DNA of 63,738 nt, counting the filler, from Pelomyxa schiedti (lineage: Eukaryota > Protista > Evosea): NCBI GenBank assembly GCA_020536535.1. It is 6 parts of 6 records of this genome, joined end to end, with 100 filler letters (N's around TTAATTAATTAA, not from the genome) between each part and the next. Parts side by side here need not be neighbours in the genome. Positions count along the whole stretch, not along the records: positions 57,089 to 61,514 come from JAHLWZ010001595.1; positions 61,615 to 63,738 come from JAHLWZ010002122.1; 4 more parts are not named here. One strand, written 5' to 3'. Below are positions 57,507 through 63,738 of the stretch, piece after piece (the stretch's first letter is position 1; each line of letters starts with the position of its first letter). The translations under genes were made by a program, and so were the position numbers. The notes beneath the pieces are model-generated. The model was not told where the DNA came from and did no database searches. It was given only the letters and a program-made list of their open reading frames with translations.

Positions 57507-59005
57507 TCACGGGTTAGCGTGCTTGTAGGCGCCCGAGTCAAACAGGAATCTTGGGGGGTTCACAACAAATTCACCAACACAAAACCCTGATACACCATCG
57601 TGCACTTTGAACCTCACTTCGTTTGCGTGATTGTCACTCACCTCATCGTCAATGTGATGTGCTGTGGAAACAATGAGCCCTGTGGAGGAACTTGCACATG
57701 CCCACGTGCATGGAACACACAGTGTTGGCTCATCCAGAGTGGTTCCAGTCTGATACACCCGGAATTCTGTGATTGTATCACGTGATGCAACCGTCGCGTG
57801 CCTCTTTCCAACTGGGGTGACATTGCTTGATGGTGGGAAATATGGCCCTTTGGTGGTGGTGCCTTCAACAATGAGGAACGGCGATGAACTCAGTTGGTGG
57901 AGAGTGCACAGGCTCCCATCAGGCATCCACATGACACTGCACACCGATGGCTCATTGCGCGCAATCTGTGACATCACGACCAGCTTCTGTGCCCTGAAGG
58001 TAGCCTCCAGGTCAATGAGAATGGCAGTGGACCCCAACTGGCTCCCAGTATCATTCCTGCCGCCATCAACACACACTGCAATTACGTCATTACACCAAGG
58101 CAAGAACTGAGGCCTCCCCCCGAAGAGTTCTGAACCACGAAGGCGAACCTCTGGCCTTTGAGGCTCTCCACCAACGACCTTCCACAAACGAGCCTCCTGT
58201 TGCTCAGGAAAGAACAACACAATCCACTTCCCATTGCACCTCCATCTGCTCGTGAACTCGCTCCCACAATCCCGCATGTCGCCAGACCAGAGCTTCCGCG
58301 AGGTGGAAATTGCGTCGTGGTCAAGAGCCCACCCAACCCTCCCACAATTCACAACGCGGCACTCCGCACCCCAACTTTGGAGGTTGACGGATGCCACTAG
58401 AACTGTGGCTTGTCCTGGGCTTCCACACACTTCCTTCGTCCCAAAGCACGTGAACCAGGAGGGGTGTCCCACAATCCCAAGCGTCGGAGACACACTCACG
58501 CACAGAAAGCAGTGTCCCGACCCACAATCCTCAGGTCGCCTCTCGGACTCTCTCCTGCGTTCCCTCTCGTAATCGAGGAAGGGGCGCCTGAACGGGAGTT
58601 GGAAAACAGCAGATCTTTCAGGCCTGAGGACCCAGTCCTCAGCCCACGACCGAAACAATGAGGGAGACCGGCACCACTGCGCCATCGCGGATGATGGGAC
58701 NNNNNNNNNNNNNNNNNNNNNNNNNNNNNNNNNNNNNNNNNNNNNNNNNNNNNNNNNNNNNNNNNNNNNNNNNNNNNNNNNNNNNNNNNNNNNNNNNNNN
58801 AGGGGCGCCTGAACGGGAGTTGGAAAACAGCAGATCTTTCAGGCCTGAGGACCCAGTCCTCAGCCCACGACCGAAACAATGAGGGAGACCGGCACCACTG
58901 CGCCATCGCGGATGATGGGACTAGCGACCCCACCACGGCCGCGCAGCCAACCGCCATCACTTGTGCCTTCCCTGTTGTTGTCGTAGTAGCACCACTCGTT
59001 GTCAT
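57507..59005 (-). CDS. Intronless family protein with divergent box (copy 8); contains an assembly gap/duplication at 58701-58920
   Basis: 'GKAQVMAVGCAAV..SSAMAQWCRSPSLFRSWAEDWVL' ... 'VSVSPTLGIV' ... 'CNGKWIVL' ... 'LIDLEATFRAQKLVVMS' ... 'GLI..VHDGVSG'. Confidence 0.7.
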
Positions 59006-59251
59006 TCGTTGGTTTTTTTTCTTTTTTGGGTGCTTCTCAGTTCTTCTGGTGACTCTTCATCGTCCTCATCCTCGTCGAACTGGGCTCATTCTTTCCAGAC
59101 CCCATGACAGCGGTGATCACGCGGTCACTTACACTGCATGATGCTCCAGTGCCTGCCTCATGTGTTCCTTCTCCCCTCATTTTCCAGAAGCTGTTTGTTT
59201 GCACACAACTTGTCTAGTTCCCCGAAAAAGAGATCCCACCAAAAGATCGGG

Positions 59252-61100
59252 GATGGCTGCTGCCACTACTACCACCTCAATGGCGACACCGACAGCGTCG
59301 TCGTCGCCGACGTCTGCAGCTCGCCGTAGTGGAGGCGGCGATCGTGGTGGGGGCACTGTTGTGATAACAATCGGCGATGACGGAGCCCAAGCCGCGTGCC
59401 ACTTGATATCCCACGTACTTGCTCGTGCACCTTTTTTTTTTTTTTCGTTTTTTTGGTTTGACTCCACTTGCGGAACTGTACATTATGGGCTGTTTGCCGT
59501 TCTCAGCCATTTAACACTAGTTAGAAAACATCGCCGAACTTTAACAAGCACACACGTGGGGATAGGATTTTGGAGAAGGTAGTCACAATCAGGGGTGCAG
59601 CACCACATCAGGTTTGAACTCTTGCGGGTTTTCATTTGTTGTTGGTACTGACACCTGCCACAGTATGTCATGTTTCCGAAATATTCTTGCGTCGCATGGA
59701 AACCGGTTCCAAGGCCACACCACGATTCATTACGAGTGCCCGCAGTTGGAGATTATTTATGTAGAGGTTGGATACTGTAGCTATTTTCCTTTTTTGATGG
59801 GGCTAGGGTCGCCCGAAAACTTTGATAGCACTGGTGCTGCTGGCATGCGCCTTTTATATGTGTGGCCAATTATTTCAGTAATGAAAGAATTTACAACTTA
59901 AAAGGAGTACGGAAAAATCATGCGCCAGTGCTTGATTTGTTGTCAACAGTACAATGACTCCTCTGAATATATCATAGAAGCAATAGAAGCAATGGAAAAA
60001 AATCTCACGGATCACATTAAAGAGAACAACGAAAATATGTACGTATTTGTGAAAAACGAACAGCAGTACGCCACACTCTTGGTAAACTACGAAAAAACAT
60101 TTACCGCTTACTGTAACTCCTTACAAGTATTCCACTCGTTCCTTACGTAACCACTAAAGTGAATACTCCAGAGAGCGAACAAGGAGGACACAGGAAACAA
60201 TTATGTTTTTGCGATGGACTTTTTCGTGAGGACATTCCCAAGGAGATCAGGAGCCATAAATCACCACGCACCATTACGGTACACATAAGAACCCACTTAA
60301 TAAGCGGCGGACTAACGATATTGGCAGTTGTAATGTTATTTTGGAATCATTTGCCAACTGCAAACAAATATACGACCAGTGGTACGGTATGAATGACTGA
60401 CTACTGGCAAGATTCCTGACGTTTCTTAATTCCATTTAGATTTCGAAATACTTCAGACCACTCCAGAAAAGCCTGTACAGTCTTTCTCTGAAAATCTCCC
60501 GAAGGTGTACAAAGAGGCATGCTCCGCTGTTGAACTTGCAAATACTGCCAAAAACCGGTGGGACATTCTGATTGCTCATTTCCGCCAAATCAATAGTCTG
60601 TACTCGCACGCTCTTGCTTCAGGAGAATGTGCTGGTGGTTGTTCCTACAATAGGTTATTGGACCATCAGAATAAAACTTTGGCTCACATGAAGAAACACC
60701 AAGACAATTTTGATTTGCCCTCAACCTCTCCGCAACCCCAATCTCTCCCGCCACAAGTGGCTCCGCTTTCTCCGGAGTCAATGGGACCAACCCCTGTCAT
60801 GTCTACACCGGCACCACCTCCACTTTTGCCACCGGCCCCAATTCCCCCCTTGCCTATATTACCAAGTCACCCAAGTATAAGTATTCCATGGGTGGACCTG
60901 CTTCAGGTTTGCCAAACCCTGAAATAACCTCTAACTACTAATTTTCGACCAGGACACAACCAGCCGCTTTGAGTCCTGTTTAACATTCCTTCACCAAAAT
61001 GAAACGCAACAACAACCAGCTAGTTCAGAACCCACAATTCTCGGATCTTTCCCGGTCACGGAACCCCCACCGTGCATGATGACATCCATCACCGTGCAAA
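59252..61100 (+). CDS. Multi-exon hypothetical protein, weakly DH-like helical region and Pro-rich tail
   Basis: GT-AG bounded ORF pieces, 'YATLLVNYEKTF', 'ILQTTPEKP', Pro-rich 60720-60900. Both ends approximate. Confidence 0.4.
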
Positions 61101-61220
61101 AATATTTAACAATACCACCCCTTGGCCTTTCTCTCACTCCAAGCGCTCAATACCTTCTCAGGCACTAATTTAAAAGACAAGTGAAAGTTCTTTTGGTTTT
61201 TTTCTCATAATAATTCGAGT

Positions 61221-61514
61221 TTATGACAAACAGCATTCAGTCCTTCTTCCTCTTCTGGGGGGAGGGTCCATCAACACTCCAAATTTGTTGGCTTCACGCA
61301 GAATCTCAATGAATGCATTGCGCACATTATTCCCTGTTTTGGCTGACACCTCCCTGTGAAAGAAAGGCAAAAATGTAAGAAGAAGGAACTTACGGTAACA
61401 GAAGGGGGGGATTAGACACAAAAAGGGCATGGAGCATGACTTGGCAAACGCAGCCGCTTCCATGAAAGTGACTTGCCTGTCTTGTTCCAGGTCGGATTTG
61501 TTCCCTACAAGAAC
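61221..61514 (-). CDS. Ras-family small GTPase, C-terminal part (5' truncated)
   Basis: 'VLVGNKSDLEQDRQV', 'EVSAKTGNNV', polybasic 'RRGRR' and CaaX-like 'CCLS*'. Confidence 0.85.
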   Translation of the reverse strand, partial: VLVGNKSDLEQDRQVTFMEAAAFAKSCSMPFLCLIPPFCYRKFLLLTFLPFFHREVSAKTGNNVRNAFIEILREANKFGVLMDPPPRRGRRTECCLS

Positions 61515-63738
61515 NNNNNNNNNNNNNNNNNNNNNNNNNNNNNNNNNNNNNNNNNNNNTTAATTAATTAANNNNNNNNNNNNNNNNNNNNNNNNNNNNNN
61601 NNNNNNNNNNNNNNCCTGTGAGTTTGTCACGGCGACCCACGTTGGCCAAGCTGGTGCGTCGAAACCAAAAGTCCACGAAAGCAGGGTGCCGGCGCAGGTT
61701 GCAAATCCTTGGCAGCCCATGCGGAAGTGCAACCGACATGAGACTGGGGTACAAGCAAAGGCTGCGGCCGGTACACATAACCCCCTTTTATTCTTCGTAG
61801 CATCAGACCCATCATTAGATTCCCCAGCTGGATTTATTTTTGTGTACCAATCTTCGTGGTCGTGCTAGCATAGAGTATGTTTGTGTATTCTGTCTACTGC
61901 ATGAGACACTCATCTCTGATCCTCCTTCAGAGCTCTTCTTAAGAAAAACTGAAAATCAAAAAGTACCGCGCTGCGTTCCGTTCACTGTGCGTCGCGCGTA
62001 GTATCAGCTCATGTACGACGGCGTCGAGTCGTTGTTGTGATATGGTGAAGTGAATGACGCGTATGGGTGTCGATGTGCTGTTGTAGGTTGATGTGTTCGG
62101 CGTTCAGAGGTGCTTTTTTTTTTTTTTCGAGTATAGGCATGTGAAATGTTAATTAGGACTTAACATGCAATAGCACATTATGGCTATGAGCATCATCATC
62201 GCAGACCTCTTGCGGCTGCAACATGTTATGCATGAATTCGTTCTGATGCATACTCAGTATGCATGAATGAATGATGTATGAGTCTAACTGAATGCAGGTG
62301 TTGGATTTGATTCGTTATTTTGAGCTTGTGGACTCACTTGGTTGACAACGTTGCAAAGAGATGCCTTATTTCCTTGCAGGGCCGAAATGCAGTCATTGCA
62401 AGTGAGTTCCTTATTTTGCAGTGAACTTGAGCTTAGACTTGCTTGCAGGTTGCTTCTACGTCCAGGTATGCCTTCCTGTTGTCTTCCAGATGGCTAATTA
62501 CATTGCAGAAGCCTCGAAATGATGTGCAAAGCCTTGTAGAAGTATTGTCTTGTAAGTCCAGAATCAGTGCTGTTCTATATCTGACTTCTGACAGAACTCC
62601 GATGGTGACTTGCCACTTCGTTCTGCAGTTGTTGGGATGCTGTCTTCTCATTGCAGTGATTGGATGATCTCCTTGAAATCTGTGCTGCCAGGTTTCAGCT
62701 TGGATGAATTGCAAGCATGAATTGTTCCAAGGTATGGTTCCTTCCCATAGGATGATTCTTTACTCATGGCGAAAGTAGCAAAGGTTGCTGCTATTGCTGA
62801 CTGCTCCTTGCTTGTGCAGATTGAATGCTCTAGTATGCCTTGAGCTTGCTGATGTGCTTCGCTTGCGTTTGCCAAATCAGGTTTACTCCTAACCTTCGTA
62901 TCATTTTCTGATGATGCCACTAGGTGCCATTTCCTTGGTGTTGCCGATGATATGCTTGCTGCACTCAGCTGATCTGATTTGAACAGTGTCCGCCTTGAGC
63001 ACTTGCAAAATGTCTGTTTAGTTCAATATCGCGAGATGTTGGGGAGCTCCCATGAAGGCACACCTTCTGAGGGCACCCTTCCCTAAGGTTGACACAGTGT
63101 GACAAAGTAATTCCATTACTAACGATATCTCAGATAGTGCGACATAATCCAGAGGGTTCTGGAATGTCCCTGTGTGCAGAAATGTGAAATAGGTTCAGCA
63201 ATGCTTGTTTTTTTAAAATCGAATAGACTTACAAATCTTTCAGCTTTGACAAAACCGATTTTATGACAATTCTAAAAGTGGAAATTGATATGTATCTTTG
63301 TAGCTGATCAGTGTGCACAGACTGAGTGCAACCAAAACATTAGTAGGTACATATTCCTCACTTGGAATGATAATATATATCATTACTATTCTGAAAATTC
63401 CTACATATCATAGAGTGAAATTCAATAATCTCAATAGCCATTAACTGAGCACATTAGCAAATAATAAAACGCAAATACAAGCCAACAAAGTGATAAATAC
63501 AACCGAAATGAATTGAAATCAAGTTGTATTAATCATACATAGCTTGGATGATTTCCGAGCTTCGATTCTGCATATATAGCATTCCCGCGTTTGCAGGTTG
63601 TTGTATGCACGATTCCAATAATTTTCGTACTAAGCCTGTTGCAGGATGCATGCTACCAGTGTCCCGAAAATGTCCGCATCAGTCCCGGTATTCTCCTCCA
63701 GAGTGCGGCTTGCGCAAGCGATTCCGCAGTATCACCAG

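Noticed and set aside
1-63738. rRNA, tRNA, CRISPR arrays
   Set aside because: None recognised by eye. A tRNAscan/Infernal run would be needed to exclude small RNAs.

Overview
Eukaryotic, intron-rich genomic DNA with many short (about 40-70 nt) GT-AG introns and micro-exons. The gene content and style fit an amoebozoan protist and resemble the anaerobic archamoeba Pelomyxa, but this is inference. The window is a concatenation of six scaffolds joined by artificial N44-TTAATTAATTAA-N44 linkers (17407, 33650, 55449, 56989, 61515). It also has internal 100-N gaps whose flanks are duplicated. Recognisable genes: a DH-PH-RhoGAP, a spliced EutB-EutC fusion (B12-dependent ethanolamine ammonia-lyase, bacterial type), ELP3, an LRR+IPT/TIG protein, a decayed P-element-type transposase, a haspin-like kinase, an ankyrin protein, a BCH-RhoGAP, an atypical Rab, a ZZ-zinc-finger protein, a Sel1-repeat protein, an ankyrin-multi-TM protein, a PPT-family thioesterase, a large GAP-like/dual-DH RhoGEF, an LRAT-like fragment and a Ras-like fragment. 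The most striking unexplained pattern is an expanded intronless gene family with 8 copies on four scaffolds. Its members pair an N-terminal 'A..Q..AL....H.RCG..SP....L...LW.W.L' box with a variable beta-rich (propeller-like) domain. The same box sits at the C-terminus of the ankyrin protein, suggesting a modular F-box/SOCS-box-like adaptor system. The family shows signs of box homogenisation, pseudogenisation, a homopolymer frameshift and an associated MITE-like element.
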